Below, piece after piece: positions 39,986-53,550 of a DNA stretch of 64,000 nt. Below the pieces are notes generated by a model that had not been told where the DNA came from, made no database searches, and saw only the letters and a program-made list of their open reading frames with translations. The number at the start of each line of letters is the position of its first letter. Position 1 is the first letter of the stretch. The translations under genes were made by a program, and so were the position numbers. The stretch comes from Octopus sinensis (Eukaryota), in NCBI RefSeq assembly GCF_006345805.1, contig NC_043000.1, forward strand, positions 33,852,001 through 33,916,000, in the 5' to 3' direction.

Positions 39986-40454
39986 GTGTCTGTGTGTCTG
40001 TGCGTATGGCACAGGTGTATAACTTGCATGCTTAACAAGTTTGCTACTCAGAACGTGGTTGGAACTTTGACCTCACACTGAGAAAGTTGTACATATAACA
40101 TATACACATAATTGTATTAAGTGTATACACGTGTGTGTTTTATATACACATACAAACGCACGCACACGCATATGCACGCACACATATACACCCACCCACA
40201 TACGCACACGCTGTTCCCTCATTGTTCCAGTTTGGCCGCTGCTCTCGGGCTAAGAATATTAAAAAAAAAGAAAACAGGAGTGAGAGCGTGTTTATGGTCT
40301 ATTTTTTTATGTCTTATCGACAAGCAGTTCATCAAACTAGAATCGATATAATCAAATAAATTTGTCTTAATGGCACTAACTACAGCGTGGCCGCGTTTTG
40401 ATGACCGAAACCAGAAAACGAAGAGAAGAACATCTTACTGCCGCACAGTAACCT

Positions 40455-40472
40455 TTATATACATACATACAT

Positions 40473-40508
<36 letters not shown>

Positions 40509-40601
40509 ATATATATATATATGTATATATATTATATATATATGTATATATATATATATATATATTTATATATGTATATATATAGATATATACATATATA
40601 T

Positions 40602-40632
<31 letters not shown>

Positions 40633-40909
40633 CATACATATATATATATATGTAGGTATATATATATACATATTTATATATATTCATACACACATGTATA
40701 TGTGTGTGTGTATGTGCGTCCGTTTTATGGTTTTATTTCTCATATTTCTTACCATTAGAGAAAAATCTGTTTTGTAGCCTTAAACAAAACTCTTTGATTG
40801 CAGTTTAGAAAACTTCAAATATTCTTGTCTATTTGTACGCTTGCGTTTATGTATACATCTATGTGTGTGTGTGCAAATGTATAAATGTACACACATATGT
40901 ATGTAAGAG

Positions 40910-40941
<32 letters not shown>

Positions 40942-41580
40942 TGTATGTATGTATGCGTGTATATATGTATGTACGTATGTATGCATGTATGTATGTATGT
41001 ATGTATGTATGTATGTATGAATGTATGTATGTATGCGTGTATATATGTATGTACGTATGTATGCATGTATGTATGTATGTATGTATGTATGTATGCGTGT
41101 ATGTATGTATGTACGTATGTATGCATGTATGTATGTATGTATGTATGTATGCATGTATGTATGTATGTATGTATGTATGTATGTGTGTATGCATATATGT
41201 ATGTATGTATGTATGCATGTATGTGTGTCTGTATGTATGTGTGTGAGAGTGGTTGTATATGTGTGTATGTATGTATGTGTATATGTATGTATGTGTGTAT
41301 GTATGTATGTATGTATGTGTGTATGTATGTATGTATCTATGTATGTATATATGTATGTATGTGTATGCATGTATGTATGCATGTATATATGTATGTATAA
41401 TGTATGCATGTACGTACGTACGTACGTACATATGTATATAGTATGTATGCATGTAGTATGTATGTATGTATGTATGTTTGTATGCGTGTAGTGTGTATGT
41501 ATTTATGTGTATATGTATGTATGAATGAATGCATGTATGCGTTTAGTGTGTATGTATGTATGTATGTATGTATGCGTGTA
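40455..41580. repeat. (AT)n and (ATGT)n microsatellite block
   Basis: Read directly, with a short unique interruption near 40720-40850. Confidence 0.95.
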
Positions 41581-41722
41581 AAAATGAAACAATTGAACGT
41601 GACTTATTTACTTCGACTGTCTTGCTAGAGGCAGTCGCAAACTGAATATTGTTTGCAGGAAGAAACTCGAACTTGTAAATAAGTCACGTTGGAGATTTTA
41701 AAATTAATGTGCATATAAGGCA

Positions 41723-41794
<72 letters not shown>

Positions 41795-43128
41795 ACACAC
41801 ATGCACGCGTTTACACACGTGATTACCTGTGAATGTGAAGATGATATGAAGTAAAAAACATGGGGAGAATAGTGATTGTTGTGACGTATTTCACGGAGCA
41901 GAGTTTAGTTCTCGTCTAATCAAATCCAATTCCGTTTTGCCGTGCGAAGAAGGGCTCAGCTTTTCATTTCTTCTCAGCAGGGAAAAATATAATATATTTG
42001 GACCTAATTTATAAAACAACAAAACAACATACAAAATATCAATGTAGAAATGTTCAATATTGGTAATTATTACAGGCACCATATTGGAACCTAGGTTTCT
42101 CTTTAAATAGGGCTCTCATCAATTTTGGTCTCTATATATATATCGATCTCTCTTTTATTTCATGTCCACCAATCAATATAATAAGCACAATATAAAGAAA
42201 ATTGATGTTGGTGACTTAGATGTGTGACTCAGATGTGCAGTAACCAAACTTGGTGAGTGAGTCACGAGATCGAATCACGTGTGTAGAACCATTAATACAT
42301 ATTTAATTATATATTCATTAAACACATTCATCGGTAGATACTTATATCCATAAACACACATTGATTATTGACCAGTAAAGAGGACTTTTCGTTCATTTTA
42401 CACTAATGGCTTTTTGTAAAAGTTTGAGATTTAGGGAAGTACCTCAGAAGTCATTTGGTTATTAGAGAATCATGAAGACCTTATCTCCACATAATGTCTG
42501 TAAGGTAAATATATTTGGGCGAAATTTCTGGTCATCCAATTATATATTTTGGGTTGGGGCTTTATCTTAACTCGTCTAGCATACGAAACACTCGTTAATT
42601 TTTTTTTTGTTTCCCCTCTTTACAACGGTAAGGGGTACAAACAAATGCTTCTTATTTAAGGAAAAGTAGAGCGACTCCCGGTGAAACCTAGTGCCACAAA
42701 TGGGTTGGCTGGTGGTTTACCGTTTTCTCGATTAAGCTTATTATTACGGCCAGGTTTAACTTAATCTCTGACAATCCACCAATAATCCACTTTTATAGAT
42801 AAGGATAATTATAGCTTTGGTGATGAGAAGAATATTATTGGAATTTTAAAAGATCCTGGCATTATTTTAAAACTAAGATTCTAAGATACTCAACCAATCG
42901 TGTTCTTTATTTCTGTCGCAACTTCCATCAGTTTCTAAATTAACTGAAATGGTAAACTTCTCCTGGGATAATGCAATTAAAATAATTGACGTAATGTAAA
43001 ATCTAGTTATAGTCATTACATGAGACTCCATATATATATACCACTTGACTATGTAAAGACTGAATTTAACGAACACTAAAAGGTTACTGTTGTGATACAC
43101 ACATAGATCGACACAACTATGTGTATAT

Positions 43129-43162
<34 letters not shown>

Positions 43163-43252
43163 CATACAAAGAAAGGGAGAGGGAGAGAAAGAGAAGGGGG
43201 AGAAAATTAGACAGACAGACGGGCGGACGGACGGACGGCGAGACAGACAAAT

Positions 43253-43336
<84 letters not shown>

Positions 43337-43705
43337 TGATAGATAGATAGATTGATTGATTGATAGATGTATATTTATGTTTATGATCGTGCGTTTGCGC
43401 GCATATGTGTATGTATATATATATCAACACATGTATATATATACCCATGTATATTGATATTTTATCTCCTTTTACATCACAGTTGGCGAGTATTAGTGTC
43501 GTTTTCAACAGACAGCTAATCGAGGATTTACTGCAGTGACGGGGGAGTATCTGAAACTCATACAGAACTAATATCGCAAAGAACTTCTTTCTAAAATCAC
43601 CGCCATTTTTTTCCTACTGCTGTTTACTTCCTTCACCGTGATACACCAGCGAAAGATATACAAATGCCTACACATGTTGTTATTGTTAACGTTGTTGTTA
43701 AAACA

Positions 43706-43925
43706 GCGAGCTGGCAGAACCGTTAGCATCCCGGAAAAAATACTTAACGGCATTTCGTCCGTACTTATGCTCTGAGATCAAATTCCAGCCAGATCGATTT
43801 TGCCTTTCATCTATTCGGGACTGATAAAATAAGCACCAGTTGAACTTTGGGGTTGATTTAAACGAATATCCCCGTCCCCACCGAAATTTCAGGCCTTGTG
43901 TTTATTGTAGAAAGGATTATTATTA
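43706..43925 (+). mobile_element. SINE family C, decayed
   Basis: Contains gcgagctggcagaaccgttagc...gattttgcctttcatc...gataaaataagcaccag. Confidence 0.75.
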
Positions 43926-44048
43926 TTAAGAATTAATGCTTATCGCTATATCAATATGGCTGTTCAATCGGAATCGACGTTACTACCGTTTTTAACCTCA
44001 GGAGAGGCCTCTTCCAGCTGGTTATCGAAGCAATTTGTACCCAATATA

Positions 44049-45330
44049 TCAGGTCATCCCATAAGTTCTGTCCGAATTGTGAATAAAAAAACAAGTGACC
44101 AAATGTTATATTTAATCGAAATTTAATCATCAATGTACTTTGCCTGATTATCTATGACTTCCTTCCATCTATTTACAAGCTTTTTAATCCCATCAATGTA
44201 AAACTTTTGGTTTCAAAGCGAAGAACTCTGAAATGTCAGTTTCGACCTCCTCCTGGCTTGCGAAAGTTATGTCCCCCAAATGATTCTGGAAACTACGAAA
44301 CAAATGGTAGTCTGAAGGAGCAAGGTTGGAAAAATAAGGTGGATGAAGAATTATTTTTCCCAGCCAAGCTCTTCGATCTTCTGTGATGTGATTTTTGCAG
44401 TGTGGGGTCACGCTTTGTTCTGATGAAACATCAGACCCACTAAAAGGCCCACTGCGGGCCTTTTTTTCTTCAAAGCTTGGTTCAAACACTCTAATTACTG
44501 ACAGTAGACTTGAGCATTGATTGTTGCATTAGGTGGTAACAATTCAAAGTGAATTACTCCTTTGCAATCCCACTAGATAGAGAAAAGAACCTTTTTCTCT
44601 TGAAGTTCCCTTCTCGGTTGTGACTGAGCTTTTTTCCCTTTTACCAAGCCACTGTCTACGACGTTTAACATTTTGATACAAGATCCATTTTTCGTCACCA
44701 TTTACAAGTCTATCCAAAAAGGGTGAAATGAGCTCGAGAGAATGGAGAGAAGAGCAGATGTCAACTCGGGATTTGCGGTTGCTTTCGGACAATTCATGAG
44801 GAACTCATTTTCCAAGTTTAGGAACCTTTCCAAGTTGTTGAAAATGACGATGAACAGTTGTATGTTTTGAACTAAGCTTTATTGCAAATTCTTCAACTGA
44901 TAATGCAGGAGTTTCTTCAAGTACTGTCTCAAGAAGCTTATCATCAAACTCAAATCGACGTCCTGTTCGATCTTCATGTTCAAGGCTGAAATCTCCACTT
45001 CTGAATTTTGCAAACCGTCTTCTGCAAGTTCTCTTATTCAAGCATTCTTTCCCATAAACTGAGTGTATGTTTCGAGTTGCTTCGGCTGCAGAGTTTCTTT
45101 TTTTGTACTCATAAAGCATTATGTGCCGCAAATACTCTTTGGATACTTCCATGTTAGAAAGGGTTTTAATCAAAGAAATTTAATTCTGTTATTCTGTGAA
45201 ATAATATTTAATTAGTTTAAATGTACTCAAATGCATAAAAATAATTTTTAATTCCATTAGATATTCTAAAATACTATTAAATTTCATTCACTTTTAAAAA
45301 ATGTAAAATCGGACTTATGGGATGACTTGA
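44049..45330 (-). mobile_element. Full-length (1282 bp) decayed mariner (DD34D) transposon with TIRs and TA TSD
   Basis: TIR TCAGGTCATCCCATAAG / CTTATGGGATGACTTGA; TA at 44047-48 and 45331-32; transposase pieces MEVSKEYLRHIMLYEY, LDRLVNGDEKWILY and HPPYFSNLAPSDYHLF lie in different frames. Confidence 0.93.
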
Positions 45331-45504
45331 TACTTTGCAAGCCGAGGAACGAACTCCTACCATCTTCTAGCAGACGACGGCATCACAAGTCCATACGGTT
45401 TCGGACTATTTGTGCCCACCGTCCGCTAGAGATAGCAGTAATCCTCTCCAGCACGCAATATATAGGAAACTAAGTGATAATCAGTGACTGATCTTGCAAC
45501 TAAT

Positions 45505-45990
45505 TAATATTTTTAACCCAGGCTTTGTTGGATCTCCTAGAGTTTTGCTACCTGCTATCTATTCTTTCCAACAATCTAATATTCTCCTGATTATTCTGGC
45601 CGTGCCAAGGAGACAAATCTTTTGTAACAGTTCTACTGGGCATTTTGTTTTAATTTCTCTTATATTCTTCTTGATGATTTCTAATATTGTCACCAAACGT
45701 CCAAAAAATAATTGGCACTATCTTCACCTTCTTCATTTTCCATAGCCAGGCTATTTCGTACTTAAGAAGATTGTATATGTCTATTTTTTCGCCTTCCTTC
45801 TTGAATATTCGTGGGTCAAATGGGCACGCAACATCAATTAAATAGCACATGTGGTTCACCTGGTCCACCACCTCTAGATCCGCTTTGTTATGCCATAGTA
45901 CCTGCCTTATTTGGATTGGGAAATCCCACAGGATTTTGCAGGTCTCTGACTCCGTTCCTCCCTGCGGTTTGTGCTCATACCACGTCTTGC
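45505..45990 (-). mobile_element. R4/Dong-like RLE LINE 3' fragment
   Basis: Reads WYEHKPQ...KILWDFPIQ...CYLIDVACPFDPRIFKKEGEKIDIYNLLKYEIAWLWKMKKVKIVPII. Confidence 0.85.
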
Positions 45991-46072
45991 CTCTCTCTCT
46001 CTCTACATATATATATATTTATTATTATTATTATTATTACAATTACAATTACTATTATTATTATTATTATTA

Positions 46073-46109
<37 letters not shown>

Positions 46110-46537
46110 GTGGTTGTTACTATTATTGTTACTATTATTAGTATTATTATGTTTCAGTCATGTAACACAAAAATATTCTCAAAGGAACATCCATATAACA
46201 ACTCATCACCCTGGAATTGAATGATGCATACAGACATATATATGCGCGTGTGTATGTGTGTGTGCATGTGTGCACGTGCACGTGTATGTGTGTGTGTGCG
46301 TGCGGGTTTCTTGTCACAGACACAATATTTGAAAATAGGATTTCTTCAAATTACTGATTATCCAAACCTGCTCCAAAAAGCTGACAAACGCAGACAGGTA
46401 CAGCCACATGGCACACATAACACGTGTTATCTGTGCCAGCGAAAAGGCGCTGCCTCTGTTCATCTGTCGATTTTAAAAGATTTTTACTTAGTAAGTTTTA
46501 AGTTAAGCAAATAATTTTTCAAATACACACACACACA

Positions 46538-46614
<77 letters not shown>

Positions 46615-46899
46615 AATGTACATTTAAACGCATAAGAGATACCCTGACAGGATACCTAACATGCTAGAAAGACCAGTCAAAATCCAAACCACGGTTATTT
46701 TCTGCATGCTAGGCCAGTGGTAAAAAAATTCTATAATTTTCCTATCCGGTATATATATATATATATATATATACATAGATACCTAGATGTATATATAATG
46801 TGCATCTCACAAATACAACAATAATGTATTCATAAAGTATTATTGTAGCAAACAGCTCAACAAGGCTGAAGCTTAAAATTTGCACACATACACACACAA

Positions 46900-46969
<70 letters not shown>

Positions 46970-47805
46970 ACACACACACACATTCACACACACATACACA
47001 GATATACGTACGCATATGTTCAACCTGGCACTTTCGTTAAGTGCCATTCAATGGAATCGAACCAGAACTACATGCACGCCAAGCGAACTTCATCATGTTG
47101 CAACGCTCGCAACCAAGGACTTAGAAAGAGAGACACCGTCTCAAGTTCTTTTAATTAAACATTGCAATACAAACAACAACAAAGGCAGAGCTGTTGCTGC
47201 TGAAAGGAGGAACTGTTTATTGGTTGGAATGAGTTTCGCCACCAGGGAAAATTGAGAATTCACTCGCTGAAATTTCGTTTCGTCTTGGTCTTTAATTCTT
47301 TTCTGAAGATCTCTAAAACCACCATCAAAGATACCATCCCCACTGCCCCGTCCCTTACTCTACACAAAACCTCAAGGGACTTCCTGTCTTATTAGCCTCA
47401 TCAACACCTCTCATTTTCCCAATTTCGGTCACAAAACGTTATTAATGATAGACAATTTATTGTTTGTATTACAGAGTAAGAGAAGAACGTTTGGAGAATG
47501 ACCGACTGCTACTATTTTTAACGGATGCAAGTGAACTGTACTTCGATGACACAAAAAGAAAGTCTCATGACCCAATTCTTCTACAATATTTATTAGTCTT
47601 GGAGCTTAACCAAAACTAACATTAGTAATTTAGCTAGCGGCATCTCTGAACAAAATATATATATATGTTTTTATTATTATTTTTTTTTTTTGAGATTACA
47701 CAAAGACGCCTTTTACAGAGGAAAAAAGTCATTGACATCGCTTCTGGAATATTGCAAAAAGTTATTTTTAACCTGGAAACAGTCTACTGAGCTTAGCTTT
47801 ACATA

Positions 47806-48234
47806 CAGGGTTGGCCAAAAACACTTGACTGTAAATCAAAATTCCATAAATACTCAATTTTAATTATTCATTCCAATTATGAACGTTTAATAATTGAATG
47901 TTGTGAGTTAAAATAATCGTTTCTTTTTTCAACATTTGTCTATTTATGAGCAAAATCTCATATAAAATAATTTTCTAGAAACGTTAGTACGCCGGGCGAA
48001 ATGCTTGGCAGTATTTCGTCTGCCGTTACGTTCTGAGTTCAAATTCCGCTGAGGTCGACTTTCCTTTTCATCTTTCGGGGTCGATTAAATAAGTACCAGT
48101 TATGCACTGGGGTCGATGTAATCGACTTAATCGCTTTGTCTGTCCTTGTTTGTCCCCTCTATAGACAATAAAAACATAAATATTGCAATCAAATGGGTTT
48201 TGATTTACTGTCAGGTGACTTTTGGCCAACCCTG
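47806..48234. mobile_element. Tc1/mariner-type MITE with a nested SINE
   Basis: TIR CAGGGTTGGCCAAAA / TTTTGGCCAACCCTG with imperfect extension; TA on both sides. Confidence 0.85.
47977..48161 (+). mobile_element. SINE family C inserted in the MITE
   Basis: Co-linear with 29964-30184. Confidence 0.85.
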
Positions 48235-50645
48235 TATTTACTCGCGGGCAGGCATTACTTTTTGCCCCCATATCTAGGTTAATAAAAAAACCGCCAGGAA
48301 AAATCTGATTGTCGTTTAAATGTGACTGTCGTTTAGAAAATTGGTCTCGTAAACCAAGAATCTGAAGGAGGCCAACATTCGCAAAACGATGTTGGATTAG
48401 CAGAACCGTTCTGAACGTCAGTCAGATTTCCTGTCGGTATTTTAATTATAGTTTTGTTGGGCCTGAGTTCAAATCCCACTGGGGTCAACATTGTCTTTCA
48501 TCATTCTTGGGTTGATAATATGGAATACCACTCATACTCTAGGGTTGATATAATTAGCTTTACCCCACCATCCATACTAATGTGTGGGGTCGTGTGCCAT
48601 TATCAGAAATCAGTGTCATGGCGGAAGGCAAAAATGTGGTGGTTGGGTGGAGCAAGGGGAAGAAGATTCGGATTACATCAAATCCCGAGACACAAACAGA
48701 CAATGACGGTGATATTAGTAAGATTTGAAGTCGGCAGTCAGAGAGAATTGTATCTTGATACGGCAATACGTTGAATTTTCCGGTCATATTAATTTGGTGA
48801 ATTTCTTTTTCCTCTCATGTAATATCGATCTCTTAGGACGAGAAGATGCGAAACTTGAATGGATGACGTTAGTGACATCAGGAGAAATATAAAGAATTTA
48901 ATGTCTAAGACTGGCCTCTAGAACCAATTTCTGTCCTCGGAGCACCAGAATATCACCATAACTATATAGTATTCACCGTAGGATAGAGAAATATAATTTC
49001 TTCTGATTAGATACAAACTTCCAGTCTCAAAGAGGAAGGAAAATGCATATTCACATCTTTTCATTTCTTAATGATTATGGCGAAGGTATAGAGAAATGAT
49101 TTTAATTGGAAATCGAAGTTATTTCATCTATGTCTGAGATTCTGTGAACGTTTATCTCAGATTTTAAACCACTCTCTACGGAATACTTAAATATTTAAAA
49201 CAACAATTAGACACACCGGATGCACCACACATAAACGCACACAAACTCGTGTTTGTGTGTTGTGCAATTAAATTTGAATGGCTAATTATGCTGATTAATT
49301 AAGTTTAAATGAATAAACTACCTGTAGCTAAACTATTCTTATTAACCTCGGTGAATAATTTGCAATTCTCGTAAAACAATAGACGTGTGGGTGATTCAGT
49401 TGGTTGTGTTACTGCCGGACTTTGAAATATTATTGATCAGCAAATAGACCAACGCTAGGAGCGAGTGATTGCAACTAAAAGACCGTGAGTTATCACCACA
49501 ATTCGATCTACACTGACTATTTTAATTTAGGATATGAAATGAACTGGAATTTATGTCACGGTGAGCATAAAGACGAGAAGTCTATAAAATGATTAAAGAG
49601 ATAGAGCAAAGAATTCTATAGACACACGAATGGTTTCAACAACTATAAAGATGTATATTTAATCTATAAATGTCTAATACACGGTCGTTTTCCACATGAA
49701 ATTGCCACCGATTACATATGTTGCATTAAGGCTAAAAGCCTATTAAGAAAACCCATTATTTCTATACAATGTAGACAATATTGTTTAACTGATAACTACG
49801 CTCTAATTTGTTTTTCACACCAACAAATTTGCTCTGTATATCGAGCCAACATTAAAAATGGTAACTGATAACATACAATGGTTGAAGATTTCCGTTGATA
49901 TAACTTTATAAAAGTGTGAACAACAATTTGATAATAACGGTTGCTAAGATTAAGAACCAAGCAAAATGCCATGACAAATGGTGGAGGAGAGCCAAGATGA
50001 AAGAATACCAACAGCGACTGTGAATGATGATTCTTCATAGAAAAACAAAAAAAAAATTATTTCTTGCTGTATGGAGTCGAAATCCTTGTCTGCACATACA
50101 ATCTGCTAGAAATACCAGCTAAGTCTTCCTCAAATCACATCCTCTTGTCTTAAAAAAAAAGGTCACATTAGATAATGTAAACTGGATGACGTAACGTCTG
50201 GAACAAAACACAAAGGATGGATGGTCCTTTTACCGGACTAGGGTTAACTTAGCACAGAAGAACAACACCATCTTCAACAACATCAACAAAGAATAAGCAA
50301 CAACGGAAATAAAAAAAAGGACTTATTCCGATCTCAGCCTCTTACGTCTTAAAGCATTCTTGTTGTTACAGAAACAATCCCATTTCCCATACACACACAG
50401 ACGCACATACAGACACACGCATACATGCATACATATACATATATATATACACACATTTTTAGACATACACACACACACACACACATATATATATATGCTC
50501 GGAGCAAATAATTCACGAGAAAAAATAGTTCACGAAAAATAATTTGCGACGATACCATTGACTCTGTTATTATCTAGTGTAACAATTTAAAAATGTTAAT
50601 AATATAGGCGATTGCAGCCCCCCCCCCCGAAAAAAGTATTAAATA

Positions 50646-50967
50646 GCTGAAGGATTAAAATTAATCAAACGACATGCCAAGTATGTCTACCTGCTGTAAA
50701 TAACAAGCAATGCTCTTATTTAAATCGGGAAAATACACTGATAATAACTACAGTAATCAACCGTCCGAAGGAAAACAGGCTTAGAAAATCCCCCAACATA
50801 GATTCAAGTATTTGGACTCACGTGGACCGGTTTCTGCACTGGCAAAAATAACTTCAGCTGGCTAGTTATTATCAGTGTTCTTTGGCGATGTAAATAAGAG
50901 TTTTGACTGCTATTTCCAGCAAGTGGACATACTTAGTATGTCCTTTGATTCATTTTAATCCTTCAGC
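50646..50967. mobile_element. Fold-back/MITE-like element with ~105-bp imperfect TIRs
   Basis: 50646-50750 aligns with the reverse complement of 50863-50967 (gctgaaggattaaaat...cactgataataacta). Confidence 0.8.
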
Positions 50968-51559
50968 CATACTTTGATTTTGTGTTTTTGGTGTTTGAAT
51001 TTTTGTTTACTTGATTGTTCCCCGTTTTGACATCAAATAGATAAAAATAAGTAGCATTGCGGGTCGACTTGTCCCTTTCTCTCAACTTGCTGGGCTTGTG
51101 CCAAGATTTGAAAGCAATGTGATGGGGCTGTTTTACTTTAATCAAAATGATGATGTATTTCAACAGAGATATGGCAACAGAACGGTCAATCATCAAAGAT
51201 TGTGACCCGTTATTGAAATAGATGTAACGAGTAACAGACAATATATTCCAACTGATGTTCCATGAAGATGGTTTTTCAGAAATATAAGAGGTTAACTGCG
51301 ATTTTTTTCTTTGTAAAGGTTCCGACGATACCATCGTTGAGGTATTCTCCAGAAGAAGCAGAACTGCTAAAACTGTTGAGGAAGAAGTTATCTTCAGACA
51401 TAATCAGGATCCAACATCTTCCAACAGAATGGGTTTCACTAAAGACAACACGGGACCACTTAGATATGCGGGCAACAGATGAAGGCCTTCACTCTGTCAT
51501 TTGATGAAAATATATGATTAATGGCAGTATTTTCTGTGTTGTAGGCAACTGACTGGAGT

Positions 51560-52279
51560 CTTCCATCTCTTCCTCAAACCACAAATATTAATGAAGGAAG
51601 AAAGATTTGTGGGTAAATATGAATCTACAGGTTCGAGACAAGCTCTACAGGCACGAAAGTGCTGTCAGATGGACCTGTCCTAGATGTGCGCAAGGCGATG
51701 AAACCGTTTCGCATGCCCTCGTCCAGTGTCTGGGCATTGCTGTCTTGCGGAGCTTTGTCGAATGTGTAGGGTGGATCCGGTTATCAGCCGCGTCCATCGT
51801 GAGGATCGCCCAGCCGCCTTCTTTTGGCCGAGAAGTGAGGTGGTTTTCGTTTGTCTGTTGACCATGGCGAAAGAGGTAGTGGACGAGGTTAAAAGGACTG
51901 AAAATAAACACTTTCCTCTTCGGACAAGCTCTCATCGACTTTTTTCAAGCGCCACTTGAAAATGAAAGTAAGAGTAGAGAGGGAAGTGCTACCCCCACCT
52001 CCACCTGCAGTATTTTTGTTGAAGGGTGGGTGAATGAGGCGAAGATGGCCCGTGTGAATAGGCCTACTCTAAACATGCGCTTCTAAGCCAGACGGGTTGA
52101 GAAGGAGTGAGGTGCCTGCCCGAGGTACACTTCACGGTCAGGGTGACCAGGATGTGTAGGGTTCCTTGGCTGGCCCGGACTGAAACCCCACTTCCCTTGG
52201 GGGAACTGTTTGAGCCTGTGGAAAGCACGCTAGATCCCGAAATATGGTTCACCTGATAACAATGGCACTCTTCATTTTT
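51560..52279 (+). mobile_element. L1/Tx1-like LINE 3' end, decayed
   Basis: LQVRDKLYRH...TCPRCAQGDETVSHALVQC (CCHC) fits the L1/Tx1 C-terminal zinc domain; followed by (AAT)n. Confidence 0.7.
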
Positions 52280-52288
52280 TTTGCTTTG

Positions 52289-52383
<95 letters not shown>

Positions 52384-52430
52384 TATTATTATTATTATTA
52401 TTATTATCATTATTATTATTATTATTATTT
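52280..52430. repeat. (AAT)n directly followed by (ATT)n
   Basis: Read directly; switch at about 52381. Confidence 0.95.
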
Positions 52431-52844
52431 CCCAAGGTTCTGTTTCAGTCTCCTCTTTATCTCCCGTTTTTATCTCTATCAGCCTACCTCTTCCTCTAGA
52501 TGTCTACCAACGAATCAATCTCTGTCTCTATCAGCCCCTTACCTATCTATCTACATATCTGTTTATCACTTTCTCTCTCCCTCTCTCCCTCCCTACCTCC
52601 CCCCCTCTCTCTCTCTCTCTCTCTCTCCCTCTTTATATCAGCATACATAAGCACACGCTCATGTACACACGCGCACACGCGCACACGCACATGTATCAAT
52701 TTGTAGCTATTTATATGTATATATATGTGTGTATGTGTGCGTTTAGATGTATTTATATATACATGTGTATATATACACGTCGTATATATGTATATATATA
52801 TATATATATGTGTGTGTATTGATGTGTGTGTGCATGTTTGTGTG

Positions 52845-53027
52845 CCTGTGTTTATCCTACCAACATCTCTTGACAACCGATGGTGGTGTGTTTACGTCTC
52901 CGTAACTTAGCGGTTCGGCAAAGAATAAGTCCTGGAGTCGATTTGCTCGACTAAAGGCGGTGCTCCAGCATGGTCGCAGTCAAATGACTGAAACAAGTAA
53001 AAGAGTAAAACAGTAAAGAGTAAAGAG

Positions 53028-53028
<1 letters not shown>
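52845..53028 (+). mobile_element. SINE family A 3' half
   Basis: Contains cttgacaaccgatg...ggcggtgctccagcatggtcgcagtcaaatgactgaaacaag. Confidence 0.85.
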
Positions 53029-53058
<30 letters not shown>

Positions 53059-53294
53059 GTGTGTGTGTGTGTGTGCGGGTGTAGTACATTCATGTACCTA
53101 TATATATGTATATACACATATGTATGCATGTATATACACACACGTAAATACATGCTTGTGTATACACATATATATATGTATATATATATATATTCATATA
53201 TACATACATATATATATATATACGTAAATATATATATATTTATATATATTTATATATATGTATATATATATATATGTTCATATATATATATATC

Positions 53295-53550
53295 TCTTTT
53301 ACTCTTTTACTCTTTTACTTGTTTCAGTCATTTGACTGCGGCAATGCTGGAGCACCACCTTTAGTCGAGCAAATCGACCCCGGGACTTATTCTTTGTAAG
53401 CCCAGTACTTATTCTATCGGTCTCTTGTTTCCGAACCGCTAAGTGACGGGGACGTAAACACACCAGCATCGGTTGTCAAGCGATGGTGGGGGACAAACAC
53501 AGACACACAAACATATACACATACATATATATACATATATGCGACAGGCT
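53295..53550 (-). mobile_element. SINE family A 3' half
   Basis: Reverse complement of the same tail. Confidence 0.85.

Noticed and set aside
50963-51504. ORFs 50963-51334 (-) and 51262-51504 (+) as genes
   Set aside because: No recognisable motif or splice context; possibly TE debris.
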